DNA of 63,939 nucleotides, filler included, from Reclinomonas americana ATCC 50394 (taxonomy: Eukaryota), in NCBI GenBank assembly GCA_048213135.1. It is 4 parts of 2 records of this genome, joined end to end, with 100 filler letters (N's around TTAATTAATTAA, not from the genome) between each part and the next. Parts side by side here need not be neighbours in the genome. Positions count along the whole stretch, not along the records: positions 31,781 to 62,593 come from PS015163.1; 3 more parts are not named here. One strand, given 5' to 3'. This document shows positions 35,268 to 48,504 of this stretch, piece by piece. The notes below the pieces were generated by a model. It did not search any database, was not told the DNA's origin, and worked only from the letters and a program-made list of their open reading frames with translations. A program made the translations under genes and the position numbers. Every line of letters starts with the position of its first letter. Within the stretch, counting starts at the first letter, position 1.

Positions 35268-38200
35268 AAGAGAGAGAGCAGAAAGAGCCTTGCACACTCA
35301 CTGCATGCGCTTGCTCGTTGAGACATGAGAGACATTCGTGCATTGAGACTTGACACAAAAGATCTCCCTTTAAGTTGGAGACAAGGGAGGGAGGGAAGAG
35401 AGTGAGTGAGAGAGGGAAAACAGGAGCAGGAGCAGCCTTGCTCTCTCACTGCATGCGCTTGTTCTCTGAGACATGAGACACATTCGTGCATTGAGACTTG
35501 ACAAGAGAGACACGCAGAGATCTCCCTTTAAGATGCCTAATCTTCCTCTTTCCATGCCTAGGCATGCCCTCTCCACCCTCTTGCACCTTCTGCACCCCTC
35601 TTTCCAACTGGCTTGTAAGTCTCCCTCCACAAGGCTGCACTCAATTCCTTCCGACCCTTGAGGCTCTGCAGTGCCTTCTTCACTCCCCGGAAACTCGAGT
35701 CTGCCTGTCTTTGTCACTCCACTGCGCTCTTCTCTTACTTTCTCTGCCCTCTCCATTCTCACGCAGTCTTCTTGCCACTCAAGACACGAGTCTCCCCTTC
35801 CCAGTCACTCTGCACTTCTGTTTCCAGTTCACCTGTGAGTCTCCTTTCTCAGTCACGCTGCACGCAGCTTCCTTCCGACCCTAGAGTTGCTCTTCGGCAG
35901 TGCCCCTTCACTCACCTGAAACACGAGTCTGCATGTCTTAGTCACTCTTCTGCGCTCTTCTCCCCCTTTGGCAGTGCTTCTCCGCCCTTTGCACCGTATC
36001 CATGCATTCCTCTGACAGTGCCTTCTCATCTCTCCCCTTTACTGCACTCGGCGCATGAGCCTCGTCGCCACCACCTCAAATACGAGCCTTCTTCAGTCAC
36101 TCTCTTTCCATTTCTCCTGCAAGGCCCCCTTACTCAGTCTCGAAGCACTCGTACATCTCCTTCTGGTATTGTCTTCTCCACTCTCCAGCAATCAAGACCT
36201 GTTTGTATTCTGAACACGACTCTCCTGCACTCCTCCTTCTCAGTCACACTGCACTTGTCATTCCACTCGGCCCACGAGTCTCTGTTCCATCTCCGCCCTC
36301 CTGTTTCCACAACACCTGTGACTCTCCCTTTGCCGATCTCCCCCTCACGTCTCCTTTTCCTCTCTCCGCAGCTCGGTCCCACCATTCCCGAGTTCGCCAC
36401 ACTCTTCGAGTTGGAACCCGAACAGCTCAACTTTGTCTTCTTCTTCCGCGGCGCCGGCTGGACATCGGCCTCGTTCCTCTGGGGCTTCATGTACGACCAC
36501 AAGAAGACGCAAGGGCGCGGTCACTGGCTGCTGTGTGGCGCGCTGCTGCTGCTGTCGCTGGTGCATGCGCTCGTGCCCGCCATGGTCTCCATCAATAAGA
36601 TTGCGTGGGGCGCGATTTTCTTCTTTGTCGGCGTCGGCGGTGCCAATGTGGATGTGGGAGTGAATAGCATGGTGAGTGGACGAGAAGGAGAAGGAGGAGG
36701 AGAAGGAGAGAGAAGGAGAAGTGAACTGAGGGGAGAAAGATCAGGGAGAGAAAGGCACAGCGGAAAAAGGTAAGAAAAAATGACGCAGGAGATGAGGCGA
36801 GAAAGAGAACAGGAAGAAGTGAACGGGGAAATAAGGGTCGAAGGACGAAAAAGGAGGAGAAGATGAAGTGGTACGGGAGCGGTGAGAACAAGACACAGAG
36901 CAATCAAGGAGGAGGAAGAAGAATGAGGATCACGGGGAGAATGAGGAGGAAAGGCTGAGAGAGACGAGAAGAGAAGAATAGGGAAGAGGCTGAGGGAGAC
37001 GAAGAATCGCGGAAGATGAGGGTTTGGGGGAGACTGTGAACAAAGGGAAGAAGGGCAAGATCACTGAGAAGTCGCTGAAGTGGACAAGAAAGAACTAGAA
37101 CAAGGCAGCTGGCGAGGTGGCGGTGGTGGAGAGCGACAGGAGAAAATCAAAAAAAAAAGAAGACGATGGGCAGCAAATGAGAGCGAGGATGAGAAGTGGT
37201 AGAGGAAGCCCGGTGGACAATGGCTGAGAAAGAAAATGCAGAAGGAGAGCAAGAGAGGAGAGCGAGATGAACAGAAAACGAAACCAAGAAGATGTGGAAC
37301 AAGGGATTTGTGGACATTTGTCGCATTATTGGAATGTGGTGAATGAAGTGTTTTGTTGCTTCCAGCAACAGATTGGCAACTTAGAACCAGCAGGAAGATG
37401 AAGACGCCCTATTTAGTTGAAAGCACTGTGATGCGTTTAAGAAGGGTTGCTGAAGTAGTGAGTCGTATCCCTCTTCTCCCTCACGCCCTCTCCCTGTTTT
37501 CCCTCACCCCCCTTTCCCCCCAATAGGTCTCCTGGATCTACATGGACAAAGTCGGCCCCTTCGTTCAACTCCTGCACTTTGTGTTCGCCCTCGGCGCCGT
37601 GCTCACCCCCATCATCACCAACCGCGTGCTGCAATGGGACGGTGGCGTCTTCTGGACGTACTGGCTATTCGCCATCTTTTGCATACCGGTGGCCATCTTT
37701 TGCCTGCTGATGCCGAGCCCGGTGTTGCCGGGCAACGAGGAGAGCGCCGTGCGCCAGTCGCTGGCCAGCACCGCCGTGGCGAATTCGTCGCTGTCGGAGG
37801 CCGAGTTCGAGGCCATCAAGGCACGCGCAGGTGGTGGCACGAAAAAGGAGGCGCTGGCCGAGGACGACGACGATGCGCTGGTGACGGTGGAGCTGGGCGT
37901 GATCGACCCGACACCGGCACCGGTGGCGGCCCCGATCGCCACGGTGGGGGCGAATGGACAGGCGACGACGGCAACAGCGACGACAGGAGCAGGAGGTGCG
38001 GCGGAGGTGGAGAGTCCACAAAAGGTGAGTGGTCAAGTGAAGAGAGGGGGGGGAGAGAGACTTCTGAAAGTGCATACAAGAACGGAGGAGAGGCTATTGA
38101 TACGTGTGCTAGGCAAGAGGATATTGTTGTGACCGTGAACGCAACGGGCGGAGAGAGTTCTGAAAGTGCACATAAGTCAAGAGAAGAGTATCGTAACTTT

Positions 38201-40352
38201 GCGTGCACGAAGATGATGGCTGTGCACAATACGGGAGGCCAGAGCAGGACTGTGCACACAAGATGAGAGGAGAGGGCAGTGTCTGCAAGACGAGAGGGTT
38301 GTGACTGTGCGCACAAAGCAGGAGAGAGTTCTGGGCGTGAGCATAAGAAGAGGAGGGTGTCGTATCTGTGCATACACGACGGGAGGAGTGAGTTTGTAAC
38401 TCAAACAAAGACGGAAGAAGAGAGTTGATACATAACGTACAAGACGGGAGGAGAGGCCTGTGATTGTGCACAGAGGAGAGAATAGTGTGTGAGTGTTGTG
38501 AGAGAACACGACACGAAATAATTGGGCTCTGTCTGTGGACACAATATGAGATGCCAGGGCTGCGATAGTGCACGCAAGACGAGAGTATAGGAATACGGGA
38601 GAAGAGGGCAGTGTCTGTGCACGCAAGACAGGAGGATAGAACTGTCACTGTATATAAGACGAGGGAGAGAGTTGTCACGGTGCACACCCGATGAGGACGA
38701 TAATCTACCGTCAGCATTACTTAATGCTGATATCGCCGTGCTTGAGCTGCAACGCGTTGTAGTGGTAACATACGGAAAGAGCACTGGCTTCAGCAATGAC
38801 ATCCGCTGATCCCTTCTCGCTCTTCCCCCCTCATCCCTTCCCCTTTTCCCCCCTCATAAGGTCGCCTCCTTCCGCCTCTTCAAACGCGACGACGCCCCCG
38901 TGGTGCCCAAACGCATGGTGCTCCTCCTCACCCTGCTGCTCTTCTTCTACTGCGGCCTGGAGGTCGGTTTCGGATCGTGGATCTACTCGTACGGTCTGGC
39001 CGAGAATCTGGTGACGGTGGACACGGGCGCGTACCTGAATGCCGCCTTTTGGCTGGCCATTGCCGTCGGCCGCTGCCTGGCCATTCCGCTGTCTGCGCGC
39101 TTCTCGCCGCCGTGGATGATGGTGTTTGACATGGCCGGCTGCCTGCTTACCACCGTGCTGATGGCGATTTTCTCGTTCTCCAATGTGGCGCTGTGGATCC
39201 TCACCATGGCGTTCGGCATCGCCATGGGCGCCGTGTTTGCCGCCTGCGTGTCGTATCCGAGTTGGCTGGGGTTGAATTTGACGGCCAAGGACACGATGTG
39301 GTTGGTGGCGGGAGTGGCGCTGGGGGAGATGACGTTGCCGGGGGCGATGGTGAGTGAGGGAAGGAGGGGCAGAAGGGGAGGGGAAGGGAGGGAAGAGGGG
39401 AAGTGATGTGAGAACGAGAAAGCTCTAGAAGTATGAAGTGTGCAATGAGAATGAGGGGACGAGGAGGGAAGGGAGGGAAGAGTGGAAGAGACGGTGAGCG
39501 TTGTGAATGCGGATGGCATTGGACGTGAGATCGAGTAAGATCGAGCAGCGTGAAGTGTGCAGTGAGAATGGTTTTTCCTGTAAGAGAGGTACGGCTACGT
39601 ATATTGAGCGAACGGTCCGAGAAGGTAGTACGTGAGGTTCTGACTGAGGAAGTGAGAGGAACGATATGAGGGAGAAGAGAACGAGACGGAAGAGTGAGTG
39701 AGAGGATTAGGATTTGAGAGGTACATAGGGCTTTATTCTCAACATCGACAACACACTTAAAACAGTTTTAGTTGTAGAAGGAAAGCACACGAGACTTGTT
39801 GGCGATCACTGGTAGATCGTTGTTGTGTATGTCTCTGTGAAGTTCTATTATCTATCTGTGCGGCAACGAAGGTTGAGAACAGCAATTGAGCGGGGAGTGT
39901 GCAAGGTATTGAAAGTTGGCAGTGGAGGAGAGGATGGAGACAGAAACGGGTTGGAATGAGGAGCATGGTGTGCCAGTTCGTGAGGGTGGAGTCGCAGAGT
40001 GCTGCAGAAGCACTCATTGCCCTTCGCTCACTATCGCGCTGCACAGGGACTGGTCTTCGAGGCCGCCAGCTTCTCCGCCATGCCATTCTGCCTGATTGTG
40101 TTCTCCGTCTCGCAACTGGCGGTGCTGCTCATCTTGTGGGCCGTGTCGCCGAAACCTCGCGTGGCGGGCAAGCATGAGGCGCCGCCCACGGTGCACGTGG
40201 TGTCCGACGTGCACTCGAGTGGTGCCGGCAAGGGCGTGGTCGGTGATTCGCTGCATGCGACGACGATTGACCTGACGGCGTCGGAGGATGATCTGGCGGC
40301 GAGGGGCGAGTTGGTCGGCGTGTCGTCAAGAGCAGGGGCGATTGCGGTGTAA
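34735..40352 (+). CDS. MFS transporter, MFSD4/FucP-like
   Basis: Exons 34735-34830, 35002-35028, 36372-36671, 37527-38024, 38861-39349 and 40047-40352. Motifs: LLGMVVSILGPTIP, DVGVNSM, QLLHFVFALGAVLTP, FFYCGLEVGFGSWIYSY and AAFWLAIAVGRCLAI. Confidence 0.9.
35100..35535. repeat. Three degenerate tandem units (~150-180 bp) in an MFS intron
   Basis: GAGACATGAGA.ACATTCGTGCA.TGAGACTTGA...AGATCTCCCTTTAAG occurs three times. Confidence 0.85.
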
Positions 40353-40550
40353 ATAGAAAAGGGGGGCGTGGGGAAGAGGGGAGAGGGGGGATGAATGAAT
40401 GAATACGCTAGTACTTTAGGCTGACGAGGGGTGGGGAGGGGAGGGGAAGGGTGATACGTGCAGAGAGTCAATGATGCGCCAACAACATGTACAGTCCTTT
40501 GGTTCGAGCCTGGATCAGCGGCAAGCAACAGCAAGTAACAGCTGATAACA

Positions 40551-40657
40551 ACAACAATTAATTCACAACAAACAAGCAACAGCTGTCTTGATGACCAAGA
40601 TCAACCGTATCCAAAACGTCATTACAAACACCAATCTTGCGGGCAGCGGCAGGTTTC
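40551..40657 (-). repeat. Interspersed repeat fragment (reverse-complement copy of 47968-48072)
   Basis: CAACAAACAAGCAACAGCTGTCTTGATGACCAAG.TCAAC.G.ATCCAAAAC.TCA is shared with the minus strand of 47968-48072. Confidence 0.8.
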
Positions 40658-41409
40658 TACGTGTGTGTGCGTTCACTCTCGGAGCTCCGAACAAGTCGCG
40701 ATCGAGAACTGCGATAAGCGTGGTTGAACAGTGGGTTCGACGCACTTGCATACGACGCACAGCGTGTTCTGCGAGTGCATGACACATCCAGTTGTCTCGG
40801 GAAAGGCCAAAAACCAAGGAAATTGCAAGCAATTGCAAAGCAAAGCCGACGCCGCAAAGTAGAAAAATTTCGGATCCGACCGCACGAAATTGCAGCCAGT
40901 CTCTGAGTTGCATCATCAGACCACGTCGAAGCTCCTGCTCGCAGCTTCTTGGTCGGTCTCAAATGTTTTTGGTTCATGATCAATTCCAATGCGTTTTTTT
41001 TGTTTGATCAATGTCCGGTTTTCAATCTCTCCTCTCCTTCACAGCCCGCCCTCTCTCTCCCCACGTCTTGCGCATTCTTGTCTCACTCTCTCACCGCGCG
41101 CAAGTAGTCTCAACTCCCCTCTTTCTCGCACAGAGAGAACCGGTGAGGAGCGACTCGCTCGACAAGTTCGGTTTGCCGGGAAAATTTGCAGACACGAGCG
41201 TTTTTTTCCTCACACACAAAGGTTTGGAGCGCAGACAGAGTCACCTCCTCATCTCCTCTTCTTCCTCTCTTCCTCTTGTGCGTGTCTGTGCGCGTGCATG
41301 CGTGTGTGCGTGTTTTGTTTGCAAAGATGTCCGACCATCTCATCTCTCTCGTTCTCTTACTCACTTCCCCCTCTCTTCCCACTTTCCCCTCTCTCTCTGT
41401 CTCTCGCAG

Positions 41410-43068
41410 ATGGCCTCTGGATCGCACCACTCACACGTGCACGCGCACACCGGTCTCGGTGGCGCTGGTGGCCGCCATGTCGGCGCCTCCAGCCTCGCCG
41501 ACGATGCTCGCGGTAACCCCAGCCACAGCCAGGGCGAGCTGGAGGTCATTCCCTGGTGAGTGAGAAGAGAGAAGAGAGAAGAGGGAGAGAAGAAAGACAC
41601 TTTTTCCGCGCATCGCATCTTTTGTCATGTACTTTGTGTCAAACACACTCGCACACTCTCTCACACTCACACACTCCGCTGCCTCTGAGACACCCTCATA
41701 CTCGTGTCAATTTATGCGCATCGCATGTTCTTTATCACCTGACTGATGCACTCGTCACTCTCCTGCGTGCACTGATGCAGCGTGAGAGAGCGTTCTTTGT
41801 GTGTTTTTGTCAGTTGCAAACTGCCTTGTTTGAGAGTGAATGACTGACTGTTCGTGATTTGCGTAGGGACAAGATTCGTGAGGCGTTGCCGACGTCGATC
41901 ACCCCCGAGGCCAAGGAGCGTCGCCGGTGAGTGTTGGGTGCGATCGATTCGAATATTCCGAGTCGCATCTGTCGCTCTTTCAACGCCCTTGCCTTCATGC
42001 GCATCTGCAACCGTCTTGCCTTGCCCTTGATCCATCGCTTATTATTCATTCATCTCTGCGTGATCGCTTTCTGTTCTCTTTCTGTCTCTATCTCTCGTTG
42101 CTTCCATTGGCAGACCTTCGCTTTTCATCCTCACTTCTCTTCCTGTTCCTTCTCCTTCGCTGCACATCCTCGCAGACCTTCCCTTCTTCTCCTTGCTTTA
42201 CATTACTTCTCCGCCCTATTGGCCTTCATCTCTTTGCCTCTGGTCGCTCCCTGTTCCCAGTTTTTAATTCTCCACCTTTCTCAATGTGCGACCTCGCCCT
42301 GACCATTCGCGTCGTTTCCTCCTCTGTGTCATCTTCATTTTCGCTCCTCTTCGTATTTCTCTTCACTCCGCCCTACTTTGCTTCTACCATTCCATGTTTT
42401 TCTCTCTCCACCCTTTCTCCCTCTCCTTTTCACGTCACTTCACCCTCCCCTCACCCATTCTCCCCTCCTTCCCCCTCATCCCCTTCCCCTTTCCCNNNNN
42501 NNNNNNNNNNNNNNNCTTCCCTCCCCGCAGCATCATGTTCGACTCGTTCGACCCGAACGGCAACGGCCTGCTCTCCCTGGCCGAGGTCGACCGCGGCCTG
42601 CTGGAGGTGCTGCAGCTGCACGAGATCTTTGACTGCAAGCCGGTCATTATGCGCGCCTTTAGCGCCGCCAAGGCCAAGTACCACGGCAAGTCGGCGGCTG
42701 GCGACGACTACGTGCAGCGCGCCGAGTTCCGCCACCTGCTCATCTACCTGAAGCGGTACTTTGAGCTGTACCAGCTCTTCCTCAAGATCGACACCAGCAA
42801 CGATCGCCGCATTGGCCTGCGCGAGTTCATTGCCGCCGTGCCGCTGCTGCAGGAGTGGGGCCTCGAGGTCAAGGACCCCGAGCGCACCTTCCGCAAGATC
42901 GACGCCGACGGTGGTGGCGTCATTCTGTTTGACGAGTTTTGCCACTGTTGCGTGACTTGGAGGGAGGGAGAGGGAGAGGGTGTATCTATACGTCGCTCAC
43001 TTTTTTTTCATGACACAGGGGCAATCCCGAAGCACCCGAAGTTCAAGATCACGGAGGAGTGCGACTAA
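41410..43068 (+). CDS. Flagellar calcium-binding protein (calflagin/FCaBP-type EF-hand protein)
   Basis: W|DKIREALPTSITPEAKERR, FDSFDPNGNGLLSLAEVD, DDYVQRAEFRHLLIYLKRYFELYQLF, IDTSNDRRI and FRKIDADGGGVILFDEFCHW|A give the calflagin layout. Confidence 0.88.
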
Positions 43069-43714
43069 AAACAAACACAAAGAGATCCACGCCGAGCGCC
43101 TGTTGGGTTGTCGCCGCCGGCTCTTTTTTTACAATCCTACTCCACCGGCCTCACTCGCTTGTACATTCGGTGTAACCTCTCTGTCAATGAATGAGTGCTG
43201 TGGGTATGACGGGAAGGGGAGAGGGGAGAGGGGTTGGGAAGGGGGAGGAAGAGTGTCCTGGATATGAGTTCCTGTCACAAACTGTTGCGTTGTGTGCGTG
43301 CTCTTTGCGTCTCGCTTGCTGCTGACTCGACGCAGCGGGTGTGTGGCCGACTGATCGGTGTCTCTCTTATCATCGCTTGCCACCTCCGGAGCCACGTCAC
43401 AAGCGTGATCGGTGTCTCCCCTTGCAGCACGAATGATGCTAGACGTGCCGTTGCGAGCAGAATAAACCATATTGCCGACAATAACCTTGGTACAACAACA
43501 ACATACAAAGACACAGTTAAAAGGCCCTCGGAGATCATGACTTCAAAGATTTGGACCTCTCGCTGCGACGTTCCGAGAGCAACAATGCACCCGCTGTCTT
43601 CACACACCAGTGGCGAAGTACGTGCAGACTGCCCGTTACCTGAGCCTGCATCAACGTCGCGCCTCATAAAGCGAAAAGGACACGCGCGAGTCCCACACGC
43701 ACAAATCAAAGACA

Positions 43715-45645
43715 ATGGGCAAGAGGAGTCGCTCTGCCTCGCCCTCCTCCTCCTCCTCGTCATCCTCCTCGGCCTCCGACGACGAGTCCAGTTACGCAAC
43801 ACAACTTAACAACGCACAATCAGTCAATCACTCACACACACAAAGGCCGACATCGTCGTCGCCACCGCTCGCCTTCATCGTCCTCCTCTTCTTCCTCTGC
43901 CTCAGAGGACGCCGACCGGCGACGTCGCCGGCGCGAAAAGGAGAAGCGAAGGGAGGACGAGGAACGTCGGCGTCGGCGTCGCAAGAAGGAGAAGAAGGAG
44001 AAGAAGGAGAAGGAGCGGAAGAAGCGAGAGAAGCGGTTGCGGAGGAAGAAGGAGGCTGCGGAGGGGGAGAGTGGAGGAGCGAGAGAGGAGAGTTGCGTGT
44101 GCTTGTGAGTGAGTGATTGACTGGGAGGTGTGACTGATTTGGTCGGTGGTGCAGGCTTTGGTCCGTCGATGGCTGATGAGTTGAGTTTGTGCGACTTATT
44201 GGGATTGGTGGCTTCTCTGTTGGGAAGCCACTCTGGAGCTGCAGTCTGCAGATTGATGTTCCTTTTGCTTCAAGCCACTCAGGAACTGCAGCGTTTGCAC
44301 TCGTGCCATGTCTGCGTCACATTCTACAGTCGCTCAATCTCGTGGCTCTTAGCACGTCTTGTCCTTGTCATTGTCAGCATGCGTTCTGCAGGCCTTCCAT
44401 GCTGTTCTCGCAGTGCTTGTCTCGTCTGTGCTGCATTCTGCACACTAACATGTGCACTGCATTCTCCTGTTCTTCCTTGCTTCTCTCGCAAGCAGATTTG
44501 TGTGGCCCCCAGTTCTTCTACTCTCGTCGGAACTGGGGCAGCTTGTTCTGTGTGGCCCTATGCAACCTGTGTCGCATTCTGCAGGCCTTCCTTGCTGTTC
44601 TTGCAGTGTCCACTCTCGTGACTCGACTTGCTGCAGTCTGCGCACTGTATCACAGTGTATTGTATTGTTGCTCTTCTTTGCTTTTCTCTCACAAGTCGCT
44701 TTCTTGGTCTGTAGTGCCCTCGTTTCTCGTCTCATGTTGTTCTGTGTCGCGCTCAGCACGCTGTATCACATGCTGCAGTCCTTCTCTGCCTCTCTCGCTC
44801 TGAAGCTGCATTGCTCACTCTTGTGTCTTCTGTGTCGCGCTCAGCGCACACTACTGCTCTTCCTTGCTGCTTCTCACATGAAGTCACTCTGCAGCTGCAA
44901 TGCCCACGTATCTTGTCTGACTCTGTTGTCACGTTCGCGACCCAGGAGACTCATTCTCCGTTTCACGCCACTCGCCTCACCTCAGTTGGCACACTGCTGC
45001 CTCCGCTTGTTTAGATAGCTCTTCGTGTGTGCTCATACCTCGCTTTCGATGTTGTCTCCCTCGCTTTGCTCATCTTTATGTCAGCTGCCGTCCTTCCCCT
45101 CCTGTCCTTCTCTCTCACACCCTCGCTTTGCTTCTCTTCCCTCCTGGCGCAGCTCCGGCTCACCCTCCGTCTCCTCGCGCGAGAAAACCAAGCAGCAGCG
45201 TGCAGAGATTGCCGCCGCACACGACATGGAGACGTATGTGGGTCGTCGGTAAGTCCCTTGCTTCTCGCCTCTCCCACGCTTCACCACCCACCCGCCTGTC
45301 GCTCCGCAGTGTGTTCCAGATTCAGTGTGCCCGCGCGAAAAAGGCCGAAAAGGCACACACCAAGGTCAGTGCTCCTTCCCCCCTGCTCACGCCCTGCTCC
45401 CCGCCACATCACTCACCCACGGGTCACCCGTCTGTTGGCGATCGCACGCCCGATTCTGTGTGATCCCCACCACCCCGCCCTCTCTTTCTCTCTCTCTTTT
45501 CCTTTCTCTTCCTCTCGCACAACAGCTCACCGAGTACCAGGCGAAAGAGGCCAGCAAGATGGAGGCCTTCATGGCCGCCATTCTCGCCGGGCAGAATAAC
45601 ATTGGCAGCTCGCCGACTCCGTCAGGTACCAGCAGCGGCAAGTGA
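43715..45645 (+). CDS. Small Ser-rich and Arg/Lys/Glu-rich protein, probably nuclear
   Basis: MGKRSRSASPSSSS..., RRRRRKKEKKEKKEKERKKREK and a last exon LTEYQAKEASKMEAFMAAIL...GK*. Middle exons are uncertain. Confidence 0.55.
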
Positions 45646-45910
45646 GTTGGTAGAAGAGACGAGTAAACCGATAGGCTGGGTGGAGGAGACGGATGACGAA
45701 GGCAAACAGAACGGCAGAGATCAAAGCCGTCGACGTCCGCGATCCAATATCAATCATGAAATACACTGTCAGCAGTGTCCGGATCCCGATTACTTGTCGC
45801 TGCTATCCCATGCACTCTGCACACTCAGCGTTAACTTCACGCACGCAGAGAGGGAGGTCCACATCGAATCTTTGTGTCCTGCATTCATCTTATTTGAGAT
45901 CTTGTGTGAA

Positions 45911-47646
45911 ATGACCAAGTGGCTTGTTGGTATCGACGGAAGCTCATTCAGGTAAAGTGCACTCTCACCTCAAGTCAGTCAGAGCCAGTCACTTACTGAC
46001 TCTCACTCTCACTCTTACTCACAGCTATGCGGCTGCGGAGAAGGCCGCTCGTCTGGCGCACACTGGTCAGAGAGATAATGAGAGAGAATCTCAGTTAACA
46101 GTCACTCACTCACTCACTGTGTGACAGGCGACACTATTGAGCTTGTGGGCATTGTCAATCAACCTCTCCCAACCTCACTGGTGTGTGTCTGTCTCTGTGT
46201 GTGTTAGTGAGAGTCACTGTTGATCTTTTTTCTCTGTCTCTCAGACAATGGGAGGTGCTGCGCTGGGCTTTGTGTATGTGCCAGTGGGTAAGTCGATGAT
46301 GTGTGGTGGGAGAGGGAAGGGAGGAGTGAGAGGGAGAAGGGATAGAGAGAGAGCGGAGGGAGAGAGACGGAGTGACTCTGGTGAAGCTGCTTCCCGGCGA
46401 GTCTCTCTCCTTGCTTGCTTTGTCACTGTTCATTACTTGTCTCGCGTCCTCCTTTCTCTATCCATGTGCTTCTCGTTCTCTGCCTTCTTCTTAGTCTCGT
46501 TCTCCCATTCGTCTCCTTCTTCCTATTCTCCCCTGTCTCCACACCCTCCCTCTCCACTTCCCTCGTCTTTGATCTTGTTCTCTTGCTTCTTCCTCTCCTC
46601 CTTGCCGCTCGATCTCCCCATCCGTCTTCTTCCTGTGGCCTCGCTGCCCTCTTGTTCTTGCCTTTCTAGTGTGTCTCGCTTCGCCCACCTCTTTCGACTT
46701 CCTTGGTCTCGTTGTTCTTGTTCTCGTTATTCTTGATCTCCTTCTTCTTCATTATCTTCCTTCTCTTCTTCCTCCTTTCTTTTCTGTTCTCTTGTCCTTC
46801 CCGTTCTCCTTCTCCTCCACTACCCTCGTCTTTCTTCTTGTTCTCTTTTTCTTCCTCTCCTCCTTGCCGTTCGATCTTCCCATCCGTCTTCTTCCTCTTC
46901 TGCTTCTCGTGTCCCTGCATGTTTCGTCGTTCTCTCTTCTTCCTTTCTCTTCCTCCTCCTCTTTCACCTTCTTCCTTCTTCTCCTCCTTCTTCTCCTCCT
47001 TCTCCTTCTCCTCCTCCTCCTCTCCTTCTTCTTATCATCCTTCGCCTTTCCCTTGTCCACCCCCTTCTCCTGTCCTTCTCACTCCTCATTCCAGAGGGCG
47101 AGCCGAGTCCATACGATCTGGTAAGCCGACCCCTGCCTGCTTCTCCCCCTCCTCGACCATCACTCATCGCGCACGCAGCCGGCTCCCGACGCCGTGGAGG
47201 TCGAGAAGCGGTCGCGGGAAATCACCTGTGCGTTTGGCAAGATCGAGGTAACGATGCCTCCCAAACGTATTTGAGAGGAGGATGGTTGGGAGCTGACTGT
47301 CGCGCGAGGAAAATAGGAGATTCTGGGTGACTCCAAGCAGGTGCACTTGACGGAGAAGATTGTGCCGGCGATGAGTGCGCGTGATGCACTGGTGGCGATT
47401 GCGGAGCACGACAAGGTCGATGTGATTGTGGTGGGCACGCGAGGACGCGGCGCAGTTGCGTGATACGTGCATATCGAAGGCTTCCTGGCCAGGTGTTCAC
47501 GTAGGGTGTGTGTGTGTGTGCTCCAGATTAAGCGCGCGCTGCTGGGATCGACCGCAGATTATCTGTGCCATCACGCCGAGTGCTCGGTGCTGGTGGTGCG
47601 CCCGGAGGAGGTGGAAGCGTGCAGCGGCAGCCGCGGAGTTCACTGA
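45911..47646 (+). CDS. Universal stress protein (USP-A domain)
   Basis: Eight small exons give MTKWLVGIDGSSFSYAAAEKA..., ARDALVAIAEHDKVDVIVVGTRGRGA|IKRALLGSTADYLCHHAECSVLVVR. Confidence 0.92.
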
Positions 47647-47967
47647 AGGCATGCACTGCTCACGCAATGCGACGGCAGTGAAGGCAAATGTGTTGGAATT
47701 GGGGTGACAGGGTCGGTGACATTCGCAAATGCTGCTGATTCGTGCGCAAGGCCTCTTGACACACCACTCATCATCGTGTTCATGCTCATTGAGAAGCTGG
47801 TGACGAGCAGTCAAATTTTGACCGTGAAACCGCCACAATTGGAGCAGTACGTCGCAACTGCAGCACCCAGCTTCATCGAGCACATCACATGCGCCACGAA
47901 ATCCTTTTGAGGCCAACACGTGTTTCTCCTGCAAGGGAAGATGATAGCTGGAGAAGAGTAATTGCTG

Positions 47968-48175
47968 GAACCTGCTGCTGCCGCAAGATTGGTGTCTGTG
48001 TTGATGTTTTGGATGCAGTTGAACTTGGTCATCAAGACAGCTGTTGCTTGTTTGTTGGTGAATGAATTGCTGAACTTGTTTTGTATGTTGTTGGTGTGCC
48101 ATGGTCATTGTGGGCAAGGGATTTGTGGACGTTTGTCGCATTATTGGAATTGAATGAAGTGTTTTGTTTCCAGTC
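47968..48175 (+). repeat. Interspersed repeat, longest copy; other pieces at 37293-37366 (+) and 40551-40657 (-)
   Basis: CAAGGGATTTGTGGAC.TTTGTCGCATTATTGGAAT...TGAATGAAGTGTTTTGTT is shared with 37293-37366. Confidence 0.8.
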
Positions 48176-48504
48176 CTCTTCACGTGAAGTACAACAACAA
48201 TTCATTCACCAACANNNNNNNNNNNNNNNNNNNNNNNNNNNNNNNNNNNNNNNNNNNNNNNNNNNNNNNNNNNNNNNNNNNNNNNNNNNNNNNNNNNNNN
48301 NNNNNNNNNNNNNNNNNNNNNNNNNNNNNNNNNNNNNNNNNNNNNNNNNNNNNNNNNNNNNNNNNNNNNNNNNNNNNNNNNNNNNNNNNNNNNNNNNNNN
48401 NNNNNNNNNNNNNNNNNNNNNNNNNNNNNNNNNNNNNNNNNNNNNNNNNNNNNNNNNNNNNNNNNNNNNNNNNNNNNNNNNNNNNNNNNNNNNNNNNNNN
48501 NNNN

